NCBI RefSeq assembly: GCF_011762485.1
Contig: NZ_JAAKGI010000001.1
Span: 385,962 to 449,961, forward strand
DNA: 64,000 nt
Direction of reading: 5' to 3'
Origin: Yeosuana marina
Lineage (GTDB): Bacteria > Bacteroidota > Bacteroidia > Flavobacteriales > Flavobacteriaceae
Shown: positions 29,817-38,990 of the stretch, piece after piece
How the letters are laid out: each line of letters starts with the position of its first letter
Position numbering within the stretch: position 1 is the stretch's first letter
The notes under the pieces: model-generated
What the model saw: the letters and a program-made list of their open reading frames with translations, nothing else
What the model was told of the DNA's origin: nothing
Database searches by the model: none
Program-made: the position numbers and the translations under genes

Positions 29817-29888
29817 AATAAGTTAGTTTTTGTAAAGATACTTATTTTGAAAACAAACTAAATGAGGTGTTCCCTCAGTCATAAGACG

Positions 29889-30998
29889 CTAGTAGTTAAT
29901 TAATTGTCTTCCTAATTCGGCTAAAAAAGGAAATCCAATCGTATCATACTCATATTGATTATCGTTAAAAATCTGATTGTTGTTAACGTGAACCGTCGCT
30001 GTAATAATGTATTCTTTGTTTGTTTTTTCATTAACGATATAGGCACAATCGGTTAAGTAGCCATAGGCATCACCCACTTTATTATACATTTTGATATAAC
30101 TAGGAAGTGGTTTTTTAGAATCGCCAAACACTAAAAATTTCACATAGCTTTCATAATACTCATCTGAGGTATAGCCAGCTTCTTGAGGAAGTATGGTCAT
30201 GGTTTTTATTAAAAAGGCTCTGTCATCTGGAGATAAATGAAATTGTTTGTCGTACGGATACAATTCAGGAAACATAAGCTGTTTCATAATGTTGTGCAAG
30301 GAGGTTATGGGTAAATAGTTTTTTCGAGAAAAATCCATGGGTTCGTTAACCAAACTATCACCAACCATATAGCCTTGTCCTTTGATTATCTTTTGGAGTT
30401 GTAAAGGTTTAACAGGTTGGTTTACTGTGGAGTCTGTTTTAAAAACCGCCTCATTATTATCATAAAAAACCAATGGTTTTGTAGTGGTTACATCAGAATT
30501 TGGAACAGATAATCTATGAGAAATTCTGGCTTTGATGCCTCTTTCTGATAGTTTAGCGTTAATATAATCTTGTCCTAAATACTCAAATAGCCTGTTGTAG
30601 GCTTCATTATCACTAACTGCAAATATTTTTTTTATTTCAGTAGCAAAAGTGCTTACTACCGTGTCGCCTTCAACAGAAAAAGGGGTGTCTCTGTTAATTT
30701 GCTTATTGGTATTCAATTTTTCTAAAGCAAGAATAGCAATGGGAAACTTTACAGTGCTTGCAGGATAAAAATAAACACTATCATTTACTTGAAAGCTATA
30801 GTCTTGAAATGATACTGAGTCGCCATTTCTTTTAACTTCTGTATATAAAATTTGAACTTCGTGATCTTGAATATGGTCAACTACGTTTTTAATTTTTGGA
30901 TTATCTGATGAAAGGACTTCTAAAATAGGGTCTTCGTTTTTTTGAGTACAACTCAAAGAGCAAATAAGTAGTGTAAAAACAAAAAATCTCATAGTCAA
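29889..30998 (-). CDS. Class A beta-lactamase-like serine hydrolase lipoprotein
   Basis: Lipoprotein signal (LSCTQ). SxxK motif ASTVK and SDN motif (AVSDNEAYN). Confidence 0.55.
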   Translation of the reverse strand: MTMRFFVFTLLICSLSCTQKNEDPILEVLSSDNPKIKNVVDHIQDHEVQILYTEVKRNGDSVSFQDYSFQVNDSVYFYPASTVKFPIAILALEKLNTNKQINRDTPFSVEGDTVVSTFATEIKKIFAVSDNEAYNRLFEYLGQDYINAKLSERGIKARISHRLSVPNSDVTTTKPLVFYDNNEAVFKTDSTVNQPVKPLQLQKIIKGQGYMVGDSLVNEPMDFSRKNYLPITSLHNIMKQLMFPELYPYDKQFHLSPDDRAFLIKTMTILPQEAGYTSDEYYESYVKFLVFGDSKKPLPSYIKMYNKVGDAYGYLTDCAYIVNEKTNKEYIITATVHVNNNQIFNDNQYEYDTIGFPFLAELGRQLINY

Positions 30999-31048
30999 GT
31001 GATATGTTACGTTGATATTTTAAAAATAGAGTCGCAATAAATTTATAT

Positions 31049-31076
31049 AAAAAAACCGCTAACTAGCGGTTTTTTT
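31049..31076 (-). terminator. Bidirectional intrinsic terminator (AAAAA-ACCGCT-aact-AGCGGT-TTTTTTT) downstream of the flotillin operon
   Basis: GC stem is flanked by an A-run and a T-run, so it works on either strand. Confidence 0.55.
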
Positions 31077-31170
31077 GAATTCTATTTTCATTCTTAGAAT
31101 CATCAATCTCTTTGCCGTTTGATGGATGTATCTGATTCTAAAGGTTTTTGTCTAAAAAGTATATTTTTAG

Positions 31171-31247
31171 GTCATTGCGAGGAACGAAGCAATCTGTAAG
31201 TTATTAGTATTTCAACAACAGATTACTTCACTGCGTTCATAATGACG
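31171..31247. repeat. Inverted pair of T2-family repeats
   Basis: GTCATTGCGAGGAACGAAGCAATC (reverse orientation), then 26 bp, then GATTACTTCACTGCGTTCATAATGACG. Confidence 0.6.
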
Positions 31248-31277
31248 TTTTTTGATTACCTTTTAGACAGCTTCATA

Positions 31278-32723
31278 TTATTCTTTGTCTTTTGAATCCT
31301 TAACATCCGCTTTGTCAGTGGAGGGTTCTATATCTGGTTTAGTTTTTTCTTCAACATTTTTACCCTTTAAATACTCAGGTAATTCCATACCAGCCATATT
31401 AAACATGTCTTGTAATGGTGGAACCGATTTATACATACCTGAAAGGAAATTTGCTGTAGACGATTTCCCGTCTTTTCCATTGCCGTTATCCCACACCGTT
31501 ACTTTATCTATTTTAATATTCTTAATAGCTTCGGCTTGTATTTTAACCAATTCTGGTAATTTATCTGCAATTAATAATAACACGGCATCTTTAGAGTTGT
31601 TACCGGCAGCTTTTACAATTTGATCTAAACCAGCAGCTTGCTTGGTTAAGACTTCATAAAGACCTTTGGCTTCAGCTTCAGCTTTTAAGAAGATAGCATC
31701 TGCTTCCCCTTTTGCACGTCTTCTAATTTTTTCAGCTTCAGCTTCGGCATCAATTTCTACTTTACGTTTATCAATTTCTGCAGGAACTATAATATCGGCC
31801 ATTTGAGAAGAACGCTCTCGCTCTGCTCTGGCAGTTTCTGCTTCTTTTTCAGCAGCATATGATTCTTCCAAAGCTTTTGCACTTTGTACTTTTTCTGATG
31901 CTATGGCGACACGTTCTGCTTCTGCTTCACGTTGACGACGTAAAGAATCTGAGTTAGCTACGGCAATTTTTGCTTTGTTTTCACCTTCAACGGCTTGTGC
32001 ATTAGCAGCTGCCACTTGCGTTCTTTCATCTTGTACCGCATTGGCTTCACCAATAGATCCATCTCTGGTTTTTTCGGCAACCGATTTACGTGCTGCATTG
32101 ATGGCGTGAGCCGCAGCTTCTTTTCCTAAAGCTTCAATATAGCCTGATTCATCTACAATATCGGTAATGTTTACGTTGATAAGTTTTAGTCCGACCTTCT
32201 TCAATTCAGATTCAACAGATTGTGAAATGTTGGTTAAAAATTTATCTCTGTCTGAATTGATTTCTTCAATATCCATGGAAGCCACGACTAAACGTAACTG
32301 ACCAAAAATAATTTCTTTTGCCAATTCTTGAACATCTTGTAAGCCTAACCCTAATAAACGCTCAGCGGCATTTTGCATAATGCCAGGTTCTGTTGAAACC
32401 CCAATGGTAAAACGAGAGGGTACATTTACACGAATGTTTTGTCTACTTAAAGCGCTAATTAAATTTACCTCAATAGACATGGGTGTTAAATCTAGAAACT
32501 CGTAATCTTGAATAACGGGAAATATAAACGCAGCACCACCATGAATACATTTGGCAGATTGACCACCACCAACTTTACCATAAACTACTAAAATCCTATC
32601 TGAAGGACAACGTTTATAGCGCCTTACAAGGACAATAAAAAATATAAATACAAAAAGGACTGCTGCAATAATGGTTATTGGAAGTCCAAAACTAAAGGCA
32701 TCTTGTGCAATAAGTGGTAGCAT
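31278..32723 (-). CDS. Flotillin/SPFH (band 7) family protein
   Basis: N-terminal TM helix, SPFH core and a long EA-rich coiled coil (EAEAERVAIASEK...). Confidence 0.8.
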   Translation of the reverse strand: MLPLIAQDAFSFGLPITIIAAVLFVFIFFIVLVRRYKRCPSDRILVVYGKVGGGQSAKCIHGGAAFIFPVIQDYEFLDLTPMSIEVNLISALSRQNIRVNVPSRFTIGVSTEPGIMQNAAERLLGLGLQDVQELAKEIIFGQLRLVVASMDIEEINSDRDKFLTNISQSVESELKKVGLKLINVNITDIVDESGYIEALGKEAAAHAINAARKSVAEKTRDGSIGEANAVQDERTQVAAANAQAVEGENKAKIAVANSDSLRRQREAEAERVAIASEKVQSAKALEESYAAEKEAETARAERERSSQMADIIVPAEIDKRKVEIDAEAEAEKIRRRAKGEADAIFLKAEAEAKGLYEVLTKQAAGLDQIVKAAGNNSKDAVLLLIADKLPELVKIQAEAIKNIKIDKVTVWDNGNGKDGKSSTANFLSGMYKSVPPLQDMFNMAGMELPEYLKGKNVEEKTKPDIEPSTDKADVKDSKDKE

Positions 32724-32726
32724 AAA

Positions 32727-33305
32727 TTATTTGTTAAGTGGTTCTACAATTAAAATTCCGTTTTCGGTAACATTTTTTACTATGATAACAGAACCCGATT
32801 TTAAATCGGTTTCAGAGTCGGTAAGCGCTTCAAGTTCTCTTAAAGCACCTTGAATTCTCACATGTGCCTTTCCAATAGTTGACCTTTTTGCTCCAATAGT
32901 TAAATAAACTTCACCAACAGCATTTATAGCATTTTTGAAGTCTAGCGTACCGCTGTCATTAAGTTTTTGCATATAATAAAACATGGCTGCCATAATAGCC
33001 ATCATTGCTAAACCACAAACTAAGGATATGATAACGGTAAGAGGTTTTGATAGGTCGGAATCTATGCAGGCTATGCCACTCCAACCAAATATGGTAAAGA
33101 ATCCAACCAGATTTTTGAAGGTTATAAATTGAAATCCTATACCAGTGTCAGACTCTATATCTGTATCTACGTCTGCATCAAGACCATCTGTTTCTGCACC
33201 AATAAAGGTAAAAAGCATCATGAAGATAAAGACTAAAGATGCTATTAACGCTATACCCCAATAAACTTTAGGAAATAACTCTAAGTTTGAAAACCACTCA
33301 ACCAT
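32727..33305 (-). CDS. NfeD/YqiJ-like membrane protein partner of flotillin
   Basis: Multi-TM N-terminus and a C-terminal OB-fold-like soluble domain. Located immediately upstream of the flotillin gene, as in yqiJ-yqiK/yuaF-yuaG pairs. Confidence 0.5.
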   Translation of the reverse strand: MVEWFSNLELFPKVYWGIALIASLVFIFMMLFTFIGAETDGLDADVDTDIESDTGIGFQFITFKNLVGFFTIFGWSGIACIDSDLSKPLTVIISLVCGLAMMAIMAAMFYYMQKLNDSGTLDFKNAINAVGEVYLTIGAKRSTIGKAHVRIQGALRELEALTDSETDLKSGSVIIVKNVTENGILIVEPLNK

Positions 33306-33423
33306 AATAATAAAACTTAAATAGTTTTGTAAGATAAAACTTTAAAAAGAGTTTTACAATACTAAAATATAATTTTATTAATAGGTGTTTTAAACTATTT
33401 TTTCGTTACAATAAATTCGGTAA

Positions 33424-35286
33424 TTATTTAAAATGATAGGTGAGTCCAAACAGCATATTTCCTTTAGGCATAGGGACTAAGTTGGTTTCCGTATAATCTG
33501 TATTAAAAATATTATTTGCAATTACAGACACTTCAAAACCATTAAATATTGCATTGATACTGGCGTCTACTACCGAATAACTTTCTCCGTTGGTTCTTTC
33601 GGCGTATTTGTAGACTATATTTTGAGTGACATTTTTTATAAAACTGGTACTTAATTTTGAGGTAACGTGATGTTTTAAAGAATTAATGGAATATCTAGAA
33701 AAGTTTACATTTAAACTTTTAATATCATCTTCTAAAAACGAATAAGACAGATTTAAATCTTGATTTAAGTTGCCTAGTTTAAAATTGAAATTGGTAGCTA
33801 ACTCAAAGCCTTTGGTATTTAGTTGTCTTATGTTTGTTGCTTGCCAAGGGTCATCTGCATTGTCTTTAACAAAATCAATAAGCTTGTCTGCATCTCTGTT
33901 AAAAAATGCGACCGATGCGCTAAAATGATTGGTAAAAAATTTTAATCCTAATTCTTCAGAAATGGCTTCTTCAGGTTTTAAGTTAGCATCTCCAAGTGTT
34001 GTAGGATCGCTATAATATAAATCGGTATAGGTTGGAATTCTGTACGTGTAGCCAATATTTCCATAAGCTTTTAACTGGTCACTTAATTTGTAACTGATAT
34101 CAACTCCTGGAAAAGCATGAAATTTAAAATCGGAAAAATAAGTAACGGCAACACCAGGCGTAATATCCAATTTATTATCAGCCAATTTAAAGAGATGTTC
34201 AAGGAACATAGTGGTCATAAAACGGTTTCGGTTTCCTAAATTATTACTAGATAGATATACTTTTGCGATGTCAATACCAAAACCAGTGATCCCTAAATTG
34301 GAGTTGTATTGCATGTTCATTTCGGCACCAACCTTATTCGTTTGGTGTAGGTTTCTGTAAATTGATGGGTCTTGACGCACAAAAATATATTCATCTTGAT
34401 TGCGTCTCCAATACATTCGGGGTTTTAAAGTAAGACGTTCCTTTTTTATTTCAGTTGAAACACCTACCAAACTGGTTTGTGTTTCTTCATATTGATTGGT
34501 AGCTGTAGGGCTTGCATAAAAACCATTTGCTCCAAATTTTCGTTCGGAAAAAGCGGTCATCAAATTAATAGGTAATTTGGACTTATTAAAGGTGCTTTTT
34601 ATAAAATAGTTTTGATTGTCGTAATCGGTATTGTATCGGTAACCATCAGAAACATTTCTTGAAACATGCACTAAATGTGAAGAATTTTCTAAGTTATTGG
34701 CTACCGTGACTGAGGCATTTTTTTGTGCGTAAGAACCTGCTTCAACACCAAGAGACATCGAGTTTTCCTGATTTTTTTTAGTCACAATATTAATTGCTCC
34801 CGTAAAGGCATTTTGCCCAAATACTCTAGCAGCCGATCCTTTAATAATTTCAATACGTTCAATAACCTCAAGAGGCAGTGCCATATTCATAGAGTGGTGT
34901 CCCGTTTGGGCATCATCTACTTTAATACCATCAATAAGTAACAGAGTTTGATCAAAACTACCACCGCGAATGTATAAATCGGCTTGCATACCAGAAGTCC
35001 CTCGACGGCGTATATCAACACCTGCAAATTGTTGTAATACATCGGCAACGTTGGTAGCAGCACTTTGTTTAATATCTTCAGATGAAATCACCGTTATGGT
35101 TCTTGAGTTTTCTTTAAAAGGTAAACTTATTCGAGTAGAGTTGATGATTACTTCACCAAGTGCCGTCGTATCTTGTTTTGTAATTTGCTCGTTTTGGGCA
35201 TCTAACATTACAGACATTAATATAGATACTCCTAAGAAATAGTATTTTTTCATAAATAAGTAATAGACTCTTTTTGGACGATGCAA
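33424..35286 (-). CDS. TonB-dependent outer-membrane receptor (BtuB-sized)
   Basis: Plug domain motifs (VLQQFAGVDIRRRG, LIDGIKVDD) and a C-terminal ...LTYHFK barrel terminus. The second Met (MKKYYFLGVSILM, ~35253) is the likelier start. Confidence 0.8.
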   Translation of the reverse strand: MHRPKRVYYLFMKKYYFLGVSILMSVMLDAQNEQITKQDTTALGEVIINSTRISLPFKENSRTITVISSEDIKQSAATNVADVLQQFAGVDIRRRGTSGMQADLYIRGGSFDQTLLLIDGIKVDDAQTGHHSMNMALPLEVIERIEIIKGSAARVFGQNAFTGAINIVTKKNQENSMSLGVEAGSYAQKNASVTVANNLENSSHLVHVSRNVSDGYRYNTDYDNQNYFIKSTFNKSKLPINLMTAFSERKFGANGFYASPTATNQYEETQTSLVGVSTEIKKERLTLKPRMYWRRNQDEYIFVRQDPSIYRNLHQTNKVGAEMNMQYNSNLGITGFGIDIAKVYLSSNNLGNRNRFMTTMFLEHLFKLADNKLDITPGVAVTYFSDFKFHAFPGVDISYKLSDQLKAYGNIGYTYRIPTYTDLYYSDPTTLGDANLKPEEAISEELGLKFFTNHFSASVAFFNRDADKLIDFVKDNADDPWQATNIRQLNTKGFELATNFNFKLGNLNQDLNLSYSFLEDDIKSLNVNFSRYSINSLKHHVTSKLSTSFIKNVTQNIVYKYAERTNGESYSVVDASINAIFNGFEVSVIANNIFNTDYTETNLVPMPKGNMLFGLTYHFK

Positions 35287-35331
35287 AATTCGTAACTTTC
35301 TGGACTAGTTAAGTAGTCCAGTTTTAAAATA

Positions 35332-36828
35332 ATGAATAGTCCGGTTAATACACTTTTAAAGCAGTTAATTTTTCTTGAAAAATCAAATTCAACAGCCATT
35401 TATATTCAGGCTGCACAACAAATTATTAACGCCATTCAACGTGGGTATTTAACAGAAGGTACTTGGTTACCTGGTACGCGTACGTTTAGCGAATTATTTA
35501 ATATTAACAGAAATACGGTTGTTGCCATTTACGATGAATTAGCCTCTCAAGGGTGGGTAGACATTATACCAAATAAAGGGACTTGTGTTTTAGTTCCGGA
35601 ACAAAAAACAGCGTCAATTAAAGCAACTTCGCAGCGTATCGATCAGGTACACGATTATTCAAAAACTACAGGTTTTCCCTTTCAACCGTCTTTTAATTTG
35701 GCACCTACGCGTGAACAGAATCAAAAAACATACAGCATTAATGATGGGCAACCAGATTTGAGATTGCACCCAACACATCAATTTTCAAAATGGTATAGTG
35801 CTTCCATGAAACGAAAATCTTTAATTTCAAAATGGAATCAAACAACGTTACCTTCTTATTCTAGCTTCGAAGTTCAACTTTGTAATTATTTGAATGCCAC
35901 ACGCGGATTTCATATAAAATCTCATAATTTAATGAGTACAAGAAGTATAGAAATGAGTCTGTATATTGTATCTCAGCTATTATTAAAACCAAAAGATATT
36001 GTGTTGGTTGGCGATTTAAGTAATTATGCAGCCAATATGATTTTTCAACAATCTGGCGCTATAATAAAAACTATTCCAACAGATAATAATGGTATCGATG
36101 TAGACTACATTAGAACACATTTTACAAAACATACCATTCGCTGCATGTATGTATGTGCCAATAGGCATTACCCAACAACGTGTACTTTAAGTGTAGAACG
36201 CCGTTTGCAGTTAATGCAACTTGCTAAAGATTATCAGTTTGCTATTATTGAAGACGATTTCGATTACGATTTTCAGTTTGATGGCTCTGCTATGTTACCT
36301 ATGGCGAGTTCAGATGCCAATGGCGTTATTATCTATTTAGGAAAACTAGGACAATCCTTGTTTCCTAGTTTTCAAACGGGGTTTGTAATAGCGCCAGAGA
36401 ATTTAATTTCGGAAGCTAAAAACTATTTAAAACTATTAGATAGTCAAGGAGACTTAATTCAGGAACAAATGTTATCCGAACTTATTTTTGAAGGAGAAAT
36501 ACATCGGTTAATTAAGAAAAACATTATAATCTATAAACAAAGACGCGATTTTTTATGCGACTGTCTCACCAAAAATTTTAAGGAACACTTATATTGGGAA
36601 AAACCATCGGGAGGTTTAGCATTATGGCTGTGCTTTAAATCAAACATATCTTTAGTTAAGTTAGCTGAACAAGCTCAGAAATACGATTTGTTTCTTCCCA
36701 AAATAATTCTTTATCAAAATAAAAATACCTGCAGCATTCGTTTTGGATATGGAGATTTAAACGAAGAAGAAATTGAAATTGTGGTCAAGAAGTTAAGAGC
36801 TGCTTATGATTTAGTCTCAATTAATTAA
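35332..36828 (+). CDS. MocR/GntR-family transcriptional regulator with PLP-dependent aminotransferase-like domain
   Basis: N-terminal GntR HTH (LPGTRTFSELFNINRNTVVAIYDEL) followed by a fold-type I aminotransferase-like ~350 aa domain. Confidence 0.75.
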   Translation: MNSPVNTLLKQLIFLEKSNSTAIYIQAAQQIINAIQRGYLTEGTWLPGTRTFSELFNINRNTVVAIYDELASQGWVDIIPNKGTCVLVPEQKTASIKATSQRIDQVHDYSKTTGFPFQPSFNLAPTREQNQKTYSINDGQPDLRLHPTHQFSKWYSASMKRKSLISKWNQTTLPSYSSFEVQLCNYLNATRGFHIKSHNLMSTRSIEMSLYIVSQLLLKPKDIVLVGDLSNYAANMIFQQSGAIIKTIPTDNNGIDVDYIRTHFTKHTIRCMYVCANRHYPTTCTLSVERRLQLMQLAKDYQFAIIEDDFDYDFQFDGSAMLPMASSDANGVIIYLGKLGQSLFPSFQTGFVIAPENLISEAKNYLKLLDSQGDLIQEQMLSELIFEGEIHRLIKKNIIIYKQRRDFLCDCLTKNFKEHLYWEKPSGGLALWLCFKSNISLVKLAEQAQKYDLFLPKIILYQNKNTCSIRFGYGDLNEEEIEIVVKKLRAAYDLVSIN

Positions 36829-36920
36829 CTATGTATGGTCTGTAAAAAGACTTCAAACTCACTTTGTAAAACCTATATTTTTTGACGAAAATTATTGTTT
36901 TACGATAATTATTTATATGT

Positions 36921-37517
36921 TTGTTATTGTTAAACGATAATTTCATGAAAAAAGTAGCTTTAATTTTAAGATGGCTGATAATATTATTTTCTTTAAGATT
37001 GGTATATTTATTTGGCAGACAGATTTGGTATGTTATACAGAGTTATTTGAATGGAACAGTTGAGAAACATGTGTTTTTTGGAATTAAAATACCTGATGAT
37101 TTTACACAAACGGGATTTCTTATTGTTTCTGTTGTTAGTTGTGCTATTCTAATTTACTTGTTTTTTCTACTTTATGTTTTTAGAAAAGTTATTCAGGGTC
37201 TGATTAAAAATCAATTATTTATTTCTGAAAACGCTGAACAATTGGTTAAAATTAGTAAGGGACTTTTCTTTTTTGGTGTTGTGCTATTTTTGATTCAATT
37301 CGTATTAAGAATGACACAATCTTTTCCTGCGGTTGCTGTAAATAAGGGTTTAGCATATTCTGCGAGTTATGACTTAGGGTATAAAATTGGCGTAACTATT
37401 AATTTGTTACTATCAAATGGTTTCCCCATTTTTATATATGCTCTTTTTATCTTTATTATCGCCAAACTTATTAAAGAAGGGAATCTTTTAAAGCAAGAAA
37501 ACGACTTAACAATATAA
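36921..37517 (+). CDS. DUF2975-like multi-pass membrane protein
   Basis: Four predicted TM helices. Immediately followed (3-bp gap) by a small XRE HTH gene, the conserved DUF2975-HTH pairing. Confidence 0.5.
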   Translation: MLLLNDNFMKKVALILRWLIILFSLRLVYLFGRQIWYVIQSYLNGTVEKHVFFGIKIPDDFTQTGFLIVSVVSCAILIYLFFLLYVFRKVIQGLIKNQLFISENAEQLVKISKGLFFFGVVLFLIQFVLRMTQSFPAVAVNKGLAYSASYDLGYKIGVTINLLLSNGFPIFIYALFIFIIAKLIKEGNLLKQENDLTI

Positions 37518-37520
37518 CTC

Positions 37521-37727
37521 ATGTCAATATTAGTAAATCTGGATAATATGTTGGAAAAGCGAAACATGAAAAGCAACGAATTGGCTGATATTATAGGCAT
37601 TACAACCGCCAACCTTTCTATTTTAAAAACAGGTAAAGCAAAAGCCATTCGCTTTTCAACTTTAGAGGCCATTTGTATGGCGCTAGATTGCCAGCCAAGT
37701 GATATTTTAGAGTATGTTGAGGATTAG
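37521..37727 (+). CDS. XRE-family HTH transcriptional regulator (YozG-like)
   Basis: 68 aa. MKSNELADIIGITTANLSILKTGKAKAIRFSTLEAICMALDCQPSDIL matches the Cro/C1 HTH. Confidence 0.8.
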   Translation: MSILVNLDNMLEKRNMKSNELADIIGITTANLSILKTGKAKAIRFSTLEAICMALDCQPSDILEYVED

Positions 37728-37749
37728 TTTATGCTTTTTACCCTAAAAA

Positions 37750-38199
37750 ATGTACTTTTGGAATATTCTAAATATTCTCGCTATTATGAAAACCACCTTT
37801 TTTATGTTCCTGTTTTTTATTGTAAGTATGAGCTTTGCTCAGAACAATATCATTGTAAAAACAGATGATGGCAGACGTGTCTTACTTAAAGCAGATAATA
37901 CATGGGAGTATATAGATATGGAAAAGCCAGCTACTAATAACACATGTAATCTAGCCGAGGATTTTGTTGAACCCGAATTGAACAGTAAAATTCAATTGCA
38001 ATTAAAAAGGGGACGCGCCGCTATTGAGGATGTAAAGCAAAAAGTGGCTAACGATTATAATTGCGAAATATCAGATGTTATACTGATGTCGTTTAAAGAA
38101 CAAAAAGTAAAGGCCGTATACCATTTTTGTGCTAATGGCACTAAAGTAACCTATAAACGCACAGGCAATGCTATTATTAAGAGTCCTAAGCTTTTTTAA
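37750..38199 (+). CDS. Hypothetical secreted protein
   Basis: Probable start at the internal MKTTFFMFLFFIVSMSFAQ signal peptide. No recognisable catalytic motifs. Confidence 0.4.
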   Translation: MYFWNILNILAIMKTTFFMFLFFIVSMSFAQNNIIVKTDDGRRVLLKADNTWEYIDMEKPATNNTCNLAEDFVEPELNSKIQLQLKRGRAAIEDVKQKVANDYNCEISDVILMSFKEQKVKAVYHFCANGTKVTYKRTGNAIIKSPKLF

Positions 38200-38235
38200 A
38201 ACGATGATAAATTGTAGTTGAGTTTAATATAAAAG

Positions 38236-38826
38236 TTAATCTATATATTCAATTTTACCAGTTTCTCTATAGGCTGATTTATAAACCCACCTGTGGTTTC
38301 CTCTTATTCTAGCATCAAGTAAATCAATATTTAATTTTTCAGAAAGAGAAAAAGCTTTTTCAAAAGCTTCGTTGGAATCCTCTAGGGCAAATACCCTCAA
38401 AAATTTATTTTTTTTATACCATAGGTTTATTTCATAGCCACTATATGCATTAAAAACAGATATGTATTTCAGATCTTCTAAATTTTGCCATTTTTCATTA
38501 TAAGTGAAAATTCCAATTGAGTAACTATGCATTATTTTAAAATTAGAAAAATTAAAATGAATATAGTGTCTCGATATCAAGGGAAGAATAAAAACAATCA
38601 ATACCCCAAAAAGCCAAATTAAATGAAAAGTCACATTGGCAAGGTCTAAAGTGGTCAATTCATTAATAACATTATCGCTAAAAAAATAAATGATAAATGT
38701 TAAAAAAGCTGAAAATATAACAGAAAACAGGATACGATTGAACCAAGGTACTTTGGGCTCTCTTATTGTTAATTCTTTATCATACATCAAAACAAATGTA
38801 TGAAAACCATGTATTTTTAAAGCCAT
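38236..38826 (-). CDS. Hypothetical membrane protein (2 TM + cytoplasmic domain)
   Basis: Hydrophobic segments FSVIFSAFLTFIIYFF and LIWLFGVLIVFILPLI. No known motifs. Confidence 0.35.
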   Translation of the reverse strand: MALKIHGFHTFVLMYDKELTIREPKVPWFNRILFSVIFSAFLTFIIYFFSDNVINELTTLDLANVTFHLIWLFGVLIVFILPLISRHYIHFNFSNFKIMHSYSIGIFTYNEKWQNLEDLKYISVFNAYSGYEINLWYKKNKFLRVFALEDSNEAFEKAFSLSEKLNIDLLDARIRGNHRWVYKSAYRETGKIEYID

Positions 38827-38990
38827 TTACATTTAGTAGTTTGCAACAACTGTTACTCCTATTGCTGTTTTAAGCAATAACGATGGCTGTATGATTTCGC
38901 GAAGAGATTATTCTTTGCTATAAAGGACGTTGTCTTTCAGGTATAATGATGTTCTCAACCATAACATAAATATAAAAACGAGTTTTATTT

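Noticed and set aside
29889-30998. Acquired beta-lactamase resistance gene
   Set aside because: The SxxK/SDN motifs indicate only a class-A-like serine hydrolase fold. The lipoprotein context and chromosomal neighbourhood fit a housekeeping penicillin-binding or esterase-type protein. No mobile-element context is seen.
31278-33305. Flotillin + NfeD pair as a novel system
   Set aside because: This is the well-known SPFH/NfeD operon architecture (yqiJK, yuaFG-like). Only the embedded T2 repeat pair downstream is unusual, and that is reported separately.
35254-35331. Possible riboswitch (e.g. cobalamin) upstream of the BtuB-sized TonB receptor
   Set aside because: The intergenic space is only ~45-80 nt, which is far too short for known riboswitch aptamers.
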